The notes beneath the pieces were generated by a model. That model was not told where the DNA came from and did not search any database. It saw only the letters and a program-made list of their open reading frames with translations. This document shows positions 26,957 through 35,364 of a DNA stretch of 64,000 bases, in pieces; the stretch's first letter is position 1, and every line of letters starts with the position of its first letter. Position numbers and translations under genes: made by a program. This stretch comes from Candidatus Dormibacteria bacterium (lineage in GTDB: Bacteria > Chloroflexota > Dormibacteria > Aeolococcales > Aeolococcaceae), in the NCBI GenBank assembly GCA_050734155.1, contig JBOHUD010000023.1, positions 15,726 to 79,725 of the forward strand, read 5' to 3'.

Positions 26957-28163
26957 CGATCCGGCGCCCTCGCAGGGCCCGATCGAACGCGTCTTCCGGG
27001 AAGAGGCGGGCCGGCTCACCGCGAGCCTGGTCCGCCTCACCGGCGACTTCGACCTCTCCGAGGAGCTGGTCGCCGACGCGCTCGTCGAGGCGTTGGAGCA
27101 CTGGCCGAGCCAGGGGGTCCCCGATCGACCCGGTGCCTGGTTGCTGACCACCGCGCGCCGCAAGGGCCTCGATCGACTCCGTCGCCAGACCCGGTACCGC
27201 GAGCTGCTCCGGAGGATGGCGGCGATCCCCGATCCACCCCGCCGCGAGGCCGACGATCGGTTGCGGCTGATCTTCACCTGCTGCCATCCCGCGCTGCCGC
27301 GTGACGCGCAGGTCGCGCTCACCCTCCGAGCCGTGGTGGGGCTGACCACCGCCGAGATCGCGCGCGCGTTCCTGGTCGCCGAGCCGACCATGGCCAGGAG
27401 GATCACGCGGGCGAAGCGGAAGATCGCCGGCGCCGGGATCCCCTATCGCGTCCCTGCCCCAGCCGAGCTCCGCGGCCGCCTCGACGAGGTGCTCGCCGTC
27501 CTCTATCTCGTCTTCAACGAGGGGTACCTGGCCAGCGGCGGCGATGATCCGATTCGGCAGGACCTTGCTCGTGACGCGGAGTGGCTTGCCGGCCTGCTGG
27601 TGCGCCTGCTGCCCGACGAGCCGGAGCCGTTGGGACTCCTCGCGCTGATCCGCCTCCACCTCGCCCGCTGGCCGGCGCGCCTGGATGCGGACGGTGAGCT
27701 GGTGCTTCTCGCCGACCAGGATCGCGCGGTCTGGGATGGCCGCGAAATTGCCGATGGGGTGCGGCTGATTGGCCGCGCCGCAGCCGCGGGAAGGCCGGGG
27801 CCATACCAGGTGCAGGCGGCGATCGCCGCCGTCCATTGCGAGGCACCGACGTGGGAGGCAACCGACTGGACTCGGCTGGTCAGCCTCTACACGCTGCTCG
27901 CAACCCTCGAGCCAACGCCGGTGGTGCGGCTGAACCGCGCCATCGCGGTCTCCCATGTTCGGGGAGCGGCGGCGGCGCTCGCCGAGGTGGATGCCCTGGG
28001 CGACGACCTCGACTCCTACCACCTCTTCCACGCGACGCGCGCGGCGCTGCTGCGCGAGCTTGGCCGCGACGATGACGCCGGTGACGCCGATCGCCGCGCG
28101 GTGACGCTCACCGCGAATGTGGCTGAGCAGAGGCTTCTCAGCAATCGCCTGGCCGGAGCCTGA
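26865..28163 (+). CDS. ECF sigma factor with long C-terminal extension (ECF41/SigJ-like)
   Basis: Region 2 (ERVFREEAGRLTASLVRLTGDFDLSEELVADALVEALEHW), region 4 (GLTTAEIARAFLVAEPTMARRITRAKRKI), about 230 aa C-terminal extension. The only in-frame ATG/GTG/TTG is at 26865, inside the YciI-like gene, giving a 92-nt overlap; the start is uncertain. Confidence 0.6.
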   Translation: MLPTSTRRSRWSAPSRRRAAPWRSALSSSADDPAPSQGPIERVFREEAGRLTASLVRLTGDFDLSEELVADALVEALEHWPSQGVPDRPGAWLLTTARRKGLDRLRRQTRYRELLRRMAAIPDPPRREADDRLRLIFTCCHPALPRDAQVALTLRAVVGLTTAEIARAFLVAEPTMARRITRAKRKIAGAGIPYRVPAPAELRGRLDEVLAVLYLVFNEGYLASGGDDPIRQDLARDAEWLAGLLVRLLPDEPEPLGLLALIRLHLARWPARLDADGELVLLADQDRAVWDGREIADGVRLIGRAAAAGRPGPYQVQAAIAAVHCEAPTWEATDWTRLVSLYTLLATLEPTPVVRLNRAIAVSHVRGAAAALAEVDALGDDLDSYHLFHATRAALLRELGRDDDAGDADRRAVTLTANVAEQRLLSNRLAGA

Positions 28164-28305
28164 GCGGGATACCGCCGTCGCCTGCCACGGCACGCCCGCC
28201 GGAGGCGGTGACCGCAACGCCGGGATGTTGCAGCGGTCTACCCTTCGCGATGGTGGCTGCGGGCAGCCATCGAGGCTTCGACCACCGCGACCAGGAGGGC
28301 GCCCC

Positions 28306-28734
28306 ATGGCATGGCAGCGGCAGTGGCACAAGCACCCGGGAGTGCGATCCGGTGACCAGCTCTCGGTGGGCGAACGTGCCGCCGACCGAATGCGCAACGG
28401 CATGGGCTCGTGGCCGTTCGTGTTCGCCTTCTTCGGGGTCATGATCCTGTGGGCGGTCATCAACGGGGTCCTCCACGTCGGCGGCGGATCGGGCTTCGAC
28501 CCCTACCCCTTCATCCTTCTCAACCTGTTTCTCTCGATGTTGGCGGGCGTCCAGGCAGCCGCCCTCCTGATCGCGGCCAAACGATCCGACGGCATCTCCT
28601 CAGAGATCGCCGTGCACACGGAGACGAACACCGAGTTCATCAAGACGCTGTTGCAGCAGAACACGGAGCTGACGCAGGCGGTCGAGGCACTGACCAAGGA
28701 GGTGCACCAGCGGGTCTGCGCCGCCAGCCCGTAG
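28306..28734 (+). CDS. DUF1003-family membrane protein
   Basis: Two TM helices (WPFVFAFFGVMILWAVINGV; FILLNLFLSMLAGVQAAALLIA) followed by a coiled-coil C-terminus, typical of DUF1003. Confidence 0.5.
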   Translation: MAWQRQWHKHPGVRSGDQLSVGERAADRMRNGMGSWPFVFAFFGVMILWAVINGVLHVGGGSGFDPYPFILLNLFLSMLAGVQAAALLIAAKRSDGISSEIAVHTETNTEFIKTLLQQNTELTQAVEALTKEVHQRVCAASP

Positions 28735-28739
28735 GCCGA

Positions 28740-29110
28740 GCCACTGGCGAGTTCGTCGGATTGGACGTGCACAAGGCCGTCTTCGCGGTGGCAATCGCCG
28801 ACCATGGTGCGCTGTAGACGTCTGGTTAGCAGAGACCGACGACGACCAACGTCGTGGCCGGCTCGGCGTGGTGCTTCAGTACGTCGTCGCCAACCGCGAC
28901 GGCATCGCCAGCTACGGCCGCCGCCACGCCCAGGCCTCGAGCCCCACCGAGAAGGTCATGGATGTGGTCATCGGTCGTCGCTTCAACTCAAGGCCCAAGG
29001 CACCTCCTGCCATCGTCCCGGTGCCGGCCGCGTCCACCAGCTCCGCGTCCTCAAGGAGAACAAGATTGGACCGCTACTGGGCCGCTCGCGCACCCCCAAT
29101 CATCGCCGCG
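28740..29110 (+). mobile_element. Degraded IS110-family (DEDD) transposase remnant (multiple frameshifts/deletions)
   Basis: Frame 1 gives ...GEFVGLDVHKAVFAVAIADHGAL-stop, the IS110 N-terminal motif. Downstream frames give fragments such as IASYGRRHAQASS..GRRFS (cf. ASYAGLAPxxxQSG...GRxxISK) and an ARKLL-like tail. It borders a lower-GC block. Confidence 0.45.
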
Positions 29111-29303
29111 CTGGCCGCCTGGCGCCGAAACATTGGATGCATCCGCCCGGCTCCCAATTCGATTGACTCGAAACGGGCCCAGTGCTACCCTCCAGTCCAC
29201 GATGGCTTCGGGCCGTCAGCGTTTGGGTCGTCCGGGGAGGTCGTCCCGTGCCACCCGGCAACTCGTGCGCCGGGCGCGGCTTTGCTAGTTACTTGCAGGT
29301 CCC

Positions 29304-30230
29304 TTGATCTTTGCCGCCGAGGGTGCTCAGATCGCTCACGCCACCCAATCCCTGCCGCGAACCGTCGGCGCTTGGTCGTGGTACATCACCCACGGAAATG
29401 ACTCGACTGGCGTGGCCTACCAACTCGGCTGCAACGAGGGGCACGCGAGGGCGGGTGACCTAGGCAACAGCGAAATCATCCTAGATTTCGGTTCGCAGGT
29501 GCCAAACCAAAGCGAGACGCGGCTGCCGTTCCACGATGGCTTCGCCAGCTACTCGCTTGTCGAGAGCATGTCAGAGCAGTTTGCCCGTGGCTATTTCGAG
29601 TGCACCGGGAGCGACACTACGACCGTGCTCAAGCTTGCAGTGGGCACTACCAACGACAACGTCGACGGGGAGTACAACAGCACAACAACCGCTTACAATG
29701 GCGGATATGCGTGGTCTCAGGTAGCTCTGATTGTGAGAAATTGGGTCGCCTCGAGCCATTACACCGCTCAGGTTGACGTCGGTGCCGCCAGCGATATGGA
29801 GACTGAATTCGGTGGTCAGTCCGCCACATTGGCCTTCACGAATGGTTACTCTTCAAACAGCGGCGCTCCGTTCTACCTTGACTTCGGTGATGCTGGCGGG
29901 TGTCCCATCAATTCCTACACCGGTGGGAATGGCTACGGCTGCAACAGCGGCTGGAATCAGTACGGAGTGTGGTACAAGAGTTGGGGTCCCGCTCCGGCGT
30001 TTCCGCTCCCGGAGATCTACAATCAGCCACTGGCAAACCAGTGGTGGACCATCTCGCGCTACGGCTACTACGAGCGTAATGCCGCGCTTCACTTTGAGGG
30101 TCCTCTAGACGACTACGATCGTGACCACAGCACCTTCACGCCGACACAAGCATGGAATGCCTTGTCCAATGAGATTGGGTCCGATTCCCACACAAACTAT
30201 TCAATGACGTATTCCTGTGAGATCCACTGA
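29304..30230 (+). CDS. Hypothetical protein rich in G/N/Y/S/T/W, encoded in low-GC DNA; no signal peptide; TTG start
   Basis: GC visibly lower than flanks. The ORF starts at TTG straight after an in-frame TAG. TGATG-coupled to the downstream gene. No recognisable domain; composition resembles a secreted carbohydrate-binding or hydrolase-like domain. Confidence 0.45.
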   Translation: MIFAAEGAQIAHATQSLPRTVGAWSWYITHGNDSTGVAYQLGCNEGHARAGDLGNSEIILDFGSQVPNQSETRLPFHDGFASYSLVESMSEQFARGYFECTGSDTTTVLKLAVGTTNDNVDGEYNSTTTAYNGGYAWSQVALIVRNWVASSHYTAQVDVGAASDMETEFGGQSATLAFTNGYSSNSGAPFYLDFGDAGGCPINSYTGGNGYGCNSGWNQYGVWYKSWGPAPAFPLPEIYNQPLANQWWTISRYGYYERNAALHFEGPLDDYDRDHSTFTPTQAWNALSNEIGSDSHTNYSMTYSCEIH

Positions 30231-30853
30231 TGACCCGGAAGTTTGGAATTCGCTTGGCAGCAGCCACTGTCGCTGTGGCCGCCGCCACGATCGGCGTCGT
30301 CCTGGGCGTGGCAGACGCGCCGAATGGTCCGGCATTGTCGCCGAAGCAGCAGTTTGTTGCCCGGGAGCGGCAGCAGATCGCTGATGCCCAAGCGGCCCCC
30401 CGGGCCTCGAAGCCGCCCGAGACGAGCGTTGTCATCCCCCCTCCGACGCCGTGCGTCCCACCCATCACCCTGCCATTCCCGGACCGCCTGATTCACGTCG
30501 GAGGCCAGGGCGGCCCATTCGGGTCCGCTTCGAACTTCTACGCCGTCAGCAGCTGGGTGGGCTCGGTGTCGTCTACCGGCCCGACGTATGCGATCTGGTC
30601 TGGACTCAGCGGCATAACATCGAGCACGCCGGGGCTCTCTGCGGTGGACGTGTACATTGAGCAGCTCGCCTCGGATGGTTGCGGGGTGAACTTCATTCCG
30701 GTTGGAGTCTTCACCGATTCAGGCACGCGTGGCTTGCTGACGATCACGCGCATCGATGGCGAGTGGTTGCAGCTGACCTCGTCAGCGTCCACCTCGGTGT
30801 ATTTCAACTTGGTCCGCGACGTGTTCTCGATCGGCGTGCCCACTCCTGGATGA
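30230..30853 (+). CDS. Membrane-anchored secreted hypothetical protein; paralog of 7175-7789
   Basis: N-terminal signal anchor followed by a Pro/Ala-rich linker. About 65% identity with the 7175-7789 product. Start overlaps the upstream stop (TGATG); its stop overlaps the downstream ATG (ATGA). Confidence 0.65.
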   Translation: MTRKFGIRLAAATVAVAAATIGVVLGVADAPNGPALSPKQQFVARERQQIADAQAAPRASKPPETSVVIPPPTPCVPPITLPFPDRLIHVGGQGGPFGSASNFYAVSSWVGSVSSTGPTYAIWSGLSGITSSTPGLSAVDVYIEQLASDGCGVNFIPVGVFTDSGTRGLLTITRIDGEWLQLTSSASTSVYFNLVRDVFSIGVPTPG

Positions 30854-31953
30854 GTCGCGGTGTTGACCAGGGTGCTGCACGGCCGCGCTCGCGCATCCCC
30901 CAGACGCTCCTCGTGGCGGGCATGTGCGTCATCGCGTCGGCGTGCTCGGCCGCTCCTCCAGCATCGCCATCGGTGAGCGTAACCCCCTCGCCTGCTTCTG
31001 ATGCCGAGCAGTGGCACGTCACTGAACAGATCAGCCTGGGGCCGGTTGTCGCCACGGCCCTCGCCGAATCCCGGGGGGGGGTGTGGGTGACGATCGCCGC
31101 CGACCCAGAATCAGCATCCGGCAAGGGTGAGGCCCGACGGTATGACGAGACGACAGGTCGAGAGTTGGGCTCGTGGTCGATCGGCGGCGACCCAGCCAGC
31201 CTGAGCGTTGCTCCTGGGACTGTATGGGTCGCGAATGGCCCCGGGGACGGGAGATCATTGATTGCCGACGCGAACACTGTCGTCCAATTGGACTCGTTCA
31301 CAGGCGCTGTGGAGCGTACCTACCATGTGCAGAACCCGCGTACCTTGATCGCAACTCCCAGCGGTGCCATCGTCGTTGCTGACGCAACTCAGAACGGCCC
31401 GGTGATGGTCGAGGAACTGGCGGCCGGATCGGCGGCTCCGGTGGCGACCATCCCAGGCACGGCCGCCAGCGAATCGCGAGAGTGTCACTACTCGCGACCG
31501 GATGCGCCGGGCACCTGTTTGCTCGTGAGTACGGAGGCAGGAGGATTGGTCCTGTATGTGAGCGAGTCGGCTGGCGCGCGACCAGTCGGAAAGATCCCGG
31601 CGACTGGCAATGCTCGCCTCGCATGCGGGCCGGCCTCCTGCTATGTGGCGGTTGACAATGCAAACGACGGCGGAGTCTTTCGCGTAGCCGCCCCCGGAAG
31701 CCCAATTGCGGGGCCGTGGGGGGGGCGGTTCCCAAATAGCATTTGCGCGATGTCAGATCAGGTGTGGACGCTGACCAACCAACAGGGAGCGACCCAACCC
31801 GCCTTCCTGCAGGCGTTCGATGGCGCGACTGGTCGGCTTCGAACTCCTGCGGTCAGCCTCCCCCCTGGCGACGCCCACCTCCTGACGGCCTCCGCCTCCG
31901 GCGCGCTGTGGGTGATCGTAGGACAATCGCTGGTCAAGGTCACCCACGTCTGA
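30850..31953 (+). CDS. Lipoprotein (lipobox IASAC), beta-propeller-like repeats; paralog of the degraded 6459-7256 gene
   Basis: Signal peptide plus lipobox LLVAGMCVIASAC-S. Repeated V-x-V-A-x-G-P / WV-x-V strands. ATGA-coupled to the upstream gene. Confidence 0.65.
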   Translation: MSRGVDQGAARPRSRIPQTLLVAGMCVIASACSAAPPASPSVSVTPSPASDAEQWHVTEQISLGPVVATALAESRGGVWVTIAADPESASGKGEARRYDETTGRELGSWSIGGDPASLSVAPGTVWVANGPGDGRSLIADANTVVQLDSFTGAVERTYHVQNPRTLIATPSGAIVVADATQNGPVMVEELAAGSAAPVATIPGTAASESRECHYSRPDAPGTCLLVSTEAGGLVLYVSESAGARPVGKIPATGNARLACGPASCYVAVDNANDGGVFRVAAPGSPIAGPWGGRFPNSICAMSDQVWTLTNQQGATQPAFLQAFDGATGRLRTPAVSLPPGDAHLLTASASGALWVIVGQSLVKVTHV

Positions 31954-32204
31954 CCACAGGTCGCGCGGCGTCTCCGGAACTCAGGGCACTCGACACCACC
32001 ATCCGGGTGCCCTCGGTCTCACTTCGCCAGGCACGGCCGCCGGTACACGCGGCGGTGCGGCCGTGCTATGAAATCCGGGTGAGCCAGGCCGTCGGCGCTC
32101 CACCACCCGGCGACCAACGCCACCCGGCGAGCGCGCCACCAGAGGTTGCCGGTGGCGCACCGGCCGCTCCAGCGCCGGCTGCGGTCCCGGCCACGCGCAC
32201 CAGC

Positions 32205-32450
32205 ATGGTGTGGTGGACTCTCGGTTTCAGCCTGCTGCTCCTCATCGTGGTCCTGGTCTTCGTTCTTCAGAACCTCTCGCCGGTGAGCACCAGCCTGTTC
32301 AGCGTCAAGTGGACGATCCCGCTCGGGCTCGACCTTCTGCTGGCCACTCTGCTCGGCGCCGTGATCGCGTTCCTGCTCGGCACCGTCCGCATGGTCCAGC
32401 TGCGCCGGGTGGCCCGGCGCCATTCGCGCACTCAGACGCCGCACCCCTAA
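32205..32450 (+). CDS. Small membrane protein, LapA/DUF1049-like (81 aa)
   Basis: MVWWTLGFSLLLLIVVLVFVLQN ... second helix LLLATLLGAVIAFLLG ... basic tail. Short; assignment tentative. Confidence 0.4.
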   Translation: MVWWTLGFSLLLLIVVLVFVLQNLSPVSTSLFSVKWTIPLGLDLLLATLLGAVIAFLLGTVRMVQLRRVARRHSRTQTPHP

Positions 32451-32543
32451 GGGAGCGGCCGCCGACCGCTTTGGCGGATCGCGCCGGAGCTCGCTGCGGG
32501 AACCACCACACTGTGACCGGTGTAGCGGGTTTGACATCGACCC

Positions 32544-33107
32544 GTGGAGGGCCGCCCACTGGACGAAGCAGAGCTCATCGTTCGCGCCGCCGGCGGCGAC
32601 GAGGAGGCGTACGCACAATTGGTCATGCGTCACTCAGACCTCGCCTTCCGCACCGCGTTCCTGCTGACGGGCTCGGCTGCGGAGGCTGAAGAGGCAGCCC
32701 AGGACGGCTTCCTGGCCGCGCACAGCGCCCTGCCACGGTTTCGCGCGCCGGCCCCGTTTCGGCCCTGGCTCCTGCGGATCGTCGCCAACGCCGCGCGCAA
32801 CCGCCGCCGCGCCTCGGTCCGCCGTACCCGCGTCGAGCTCAGGTTGGCGGACACCTTGGAAAGGGGCGGTGCGGCCCCATCGCCCGAAGCCGAGGTGGAG
32901 GCTGCGGAGGAGCGCGCGGCGCTCCTCCGTGCCGTCGCGTCGCTGAACCACGCCGATCGCCAGGTGGTCTGGTGCCGTTACTTCCTGGAGCTCGATGTCG
33001 CCGAGACCGCCGCCGTGCTGAGCTGCGCCGCCGGAACCGTGAAGTCGCGGCTCTCCCGTGCGCTCGGACGCCTGCGCGAGCGCATGGGCGGCGGGGCCGG
33101 CCAGTGA
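32544..33107 (+). CDS. ECF (sigma-70 family group IV) sigma factor
   Basis: Region 2 (YAQLVMRHSDLAFRTAFLLTG..EAEEAAQDGFLAAH) and region 4 (ADRQVVWCRYFLELDVAETAAVLSCAAGTVKSRLSRA). GTG start. Confidence 0.8.
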   Translation: MEGRPLDEAELIVRAAGGDEEAYAQLVMRHSDLAFRTAFLLTGSAAEAEEAAQDGFLAAHSALPRFRAPAPFRPWLLRIVANAARNRRRASVRRTRVELRLADTLERGGAAPSPEAEVEAAEERAALLRAVASLNHADRQVVWCRYFLELDVAETAAVLSCAAGTVKSRLSRALGRLRERMGGGAGQ

Positions 33108-33877
33108 TGAACGACCAGCTCGAGCAGCAGCTCACCGACCTCGGCCGGCACATCGCCTTTCCCGCCACCCCGGAGCTTGCCGCGCCGGTGCGGCAGCGAT
33201 TGGGACATCCGGTGCGGCGGCCGATCATCACGCGGTGGCGCGCGGTCCTCGCCGCCGTGCTGGTGGCTCTCGCCGTCGGGTTCGGCGTTCCGCCGGTGCG
33301 CACGGCGGTCGCCCACTGGCTCGGGATCCAGGGCGTCGTGATCACGCCGGTCCCCTCGCTGCCGGCTGTGCATCCCTCGACCCCGCCGTCCTCGTCCGCG
33401 CTCGGCGCCGGCCTCGATCTGGGGCGGCCGACCACGATCGCCCACGCCCGTGACACGGTCGGCTTCACGCCGCTGGTGCCGAGCGGCCTCGGGGTTCCGG
33501 ATGCCGTCTACACGCGCAGCGACATCGGTCCTGTGGTGTCGCTGGTGTACGCGCCTCGAGACGGCCTCCCCCAGTCGGGTCGGACGGGGGTCGGGCTGCT
33601 CATCACCGAGTTTCGCGGCAGCCTCAACCCGGAGTTCACGCAGAAGTTCGTCGGGCCGGGCACCACGGTGGTGCCTGTGACCGTCACGGGGCAAGCCGGG
33701 TACTGGATCGGCGGCGCGCACGACATCGACTACCAGCTCCCCGACGGCACCTCTGCGGCGGACACGCTGCGGCTGGCCGCCCCCACCCTGGTCTTCGAGC
33801 GCGGCGACCTTACTCTCCGCATCGAGGGCGCACGCACCGAAGCGCACGCGCTCGCGCTGGCAGCGACCCTCAGCTGA
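33107..33877 (+). CDS. Putative anti-sigma factor / membrane-anchored protein cotranscribed with the ECF sigma
   Basis: ATG overlaps the sigma stop (TGATG). Short cytoplasmic N-terminus, a single TM helix (AVLAAVLVALAVGFGV), then an extracytoplasmic domain. Confidence 0.5.
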   Translation: MNDQLEQQLTDLGRHIAFPATPELAAPVRQRLGHPVRRPIITRWRAVLAAVLVALAVGFGVPPVRTAVAHWLGIQGVVITPVPSLPAVHPSTPPSSSALGAGLDLGRPTTIAHARDTVGFTPLVPSGLGVPDAVYTRSDIGPVVSLVYAPRDGLPQSGRTGVGLLITEFRGSLNPEFTQKFVGPGTTVVPVTVTGQAGYWIGGAHDIDYQLPDGTSAADTLRLAAPTLVFERGDLTLRIEGARTEAHALALAATLS

Positions 33878-33931
33878 GCAGCGGGAACCGGCCTCGGGCG
33901 CGCGGTGTAGCACATACGGAGGGTCGATCGG

Positions 33932-35254
33932 GTGAAGAAGCTGCGCCGCCATCTGCTCCTGTTGCTCACCGCAGCGCTGGTCGCCTGCGGTGGTCCGGCG
34001 GTGTCGATCGCAGCCCACCGCTCCACGCCCACCCCCGGCGCCGCGACCGCGGCCATCGCCCCGGCTCATCTGCTGGTGCGGCAGGGCCAGCCTCCCGCTC
34101 GCTCGATACAGCTGCTGGACACCGGCTCGGGGAGGGTGCGGGCGTCGTATCCGGACGGCGTTGCCACCGGTGATTGGTCACGCCTCTTCGTGGTCACCGC
34201 CGCCGGGTCTCACAACCGACTCGAGGAGATCGATCTCAGCACCGGTCACACCATCTCGACCACGGCCACCGAGCCCGGCTTCGCGCTGCCCCGGACCGGG
34301 CCCGCCGGCAAGCCCGCCGGCCTCTCGCCCAACGGCAGCCACCTGGTGCTCGCCGGCGTGGCCACCGCCCAGGATCCACCGGCGACCAACCGCTTTCTCG
34401 TCTACGACACAGGACATCTCGATCGGGGGGCTGTGCATGTGACCCTGAGCGGGTCGTTCCTCTTCGACGGCATCAACAACGACGGCACCGGCCTGTACCT
34501 GCTCGAGGATCTCAGCTCGCCCACCAGGGGCGGCGAATACCACGTGCGTCGGTATGACCTGACGGCGGGGGCGCTGGACCCCGCGAGCATCGTGGACAAG
34601 AGCTCTGGCGAGCAATCGATCACCGGAAGCGCGATCGACAGCGTCACCTCACGCGACGGAGCCTGGCAGTACACCGTGTATGCCTTCGGGGGCAAGCCCC
34701 CGTTCGTGCACGCTCTCAATCTCGACCATGCCACCGCATTCTGCGTGGATCTGCCCGCTGCGCCCCTCGACGAGGGGCTCGACCTGCTCTGGAGTGTGGT
34801 CGCGAGCCACAGCGGTCGCTTCATCTACGCGGTGAACGCAGGCAACGGAGCCGTGGTCGAGATGGCCGCCGACAGCCCGTGGCAGGTCCGGCAGGCGCTG
34901 CTCCCAGTACCAACGCCGACGAGCGCAGCGGCGTGGATTCCGTGGGCTCCCCTGACCGTGGAGGCCAAGCGCCTCGTGGAGGGCGCCGCGGTGATCAGCC
35001 CCGACGATCGCACCCTGTACAGCATCGGGGACACGGCCATCTACCGGGTCGACACTGCGCGTCTGCAGCTGGAGGGGTCACTGCTTGCCGGCCAGGCTCT
35101 CAACTCGCTGGCCATCAGCCCGGACGGTCGGCGCCTCTACGCGACCAGCGTCGACTCTCCGACACCGCTGCTGCAGGTGGACGTGCAGAGCGGACGATGG
35201 GCGTCGATCGGCGGTCCGCGCGGGCCGGTGAGCGTCCTTCGCGCCTTGAGCTGA
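33932..35254 (+). CDS. Lipoprotein with beta-propeller (lactonase-like) repeats
   Basis: Signal peptide plus lipobox LLTAALVACGG. Repeated LY-x-x-x-x-x-G-x-V motifs (FIYAVNAGNGAVVEM, LYATSVDSPTPLLQVDV). Confidence 0.6.
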   Translation: MKKLRRHLLLLLTAALVACGGPAVSIAAHRSTPTPGAATAAIAPAHLLVRQGQPPARSIQLLDTGSGRVRASYPDGVATGDWSRLFVVTAAGSHNRLEEIDLSTGHTISTTATEPGFALPRTGPAGKPAGLSPNGSHLVLAGVATAQDPPATNRFLVYDTGHLDRGAVHVTLSGSFLFDGINNDGTGLYLLEDLSSPTRGGEYHVRRYDLTAGALDPASIVDKSSGEQSITGSAIDSVTSRDGAWQYTVYAFGGKPPFVHALNLDHATAFCVDLPAAPLDEGLDLLWSVVASHSGRFIYAVNAGNGAVVEMAADSPWQVRQALLPVPTPTSAAAWIPWAPLTVEAKRLVEGAAVISPDDRTLYSIGDTAIYRVDTARLQLEGSLLAGQALNSLAISPDGRRLYATSVDSPTPLLQVDVQSGRWASIGGPRGPVSVLRALS

Positions 35255-35364
35255 GACGCCGTACCTGCGGCGGAGCCATGGGTTGGCCACCGGCCATACT
35301 GGTCAGGAGTTGCCGCAACCGTCGGTGACGCTGCTGAACCACCGCAACGATCCCGAGGCCAGTC

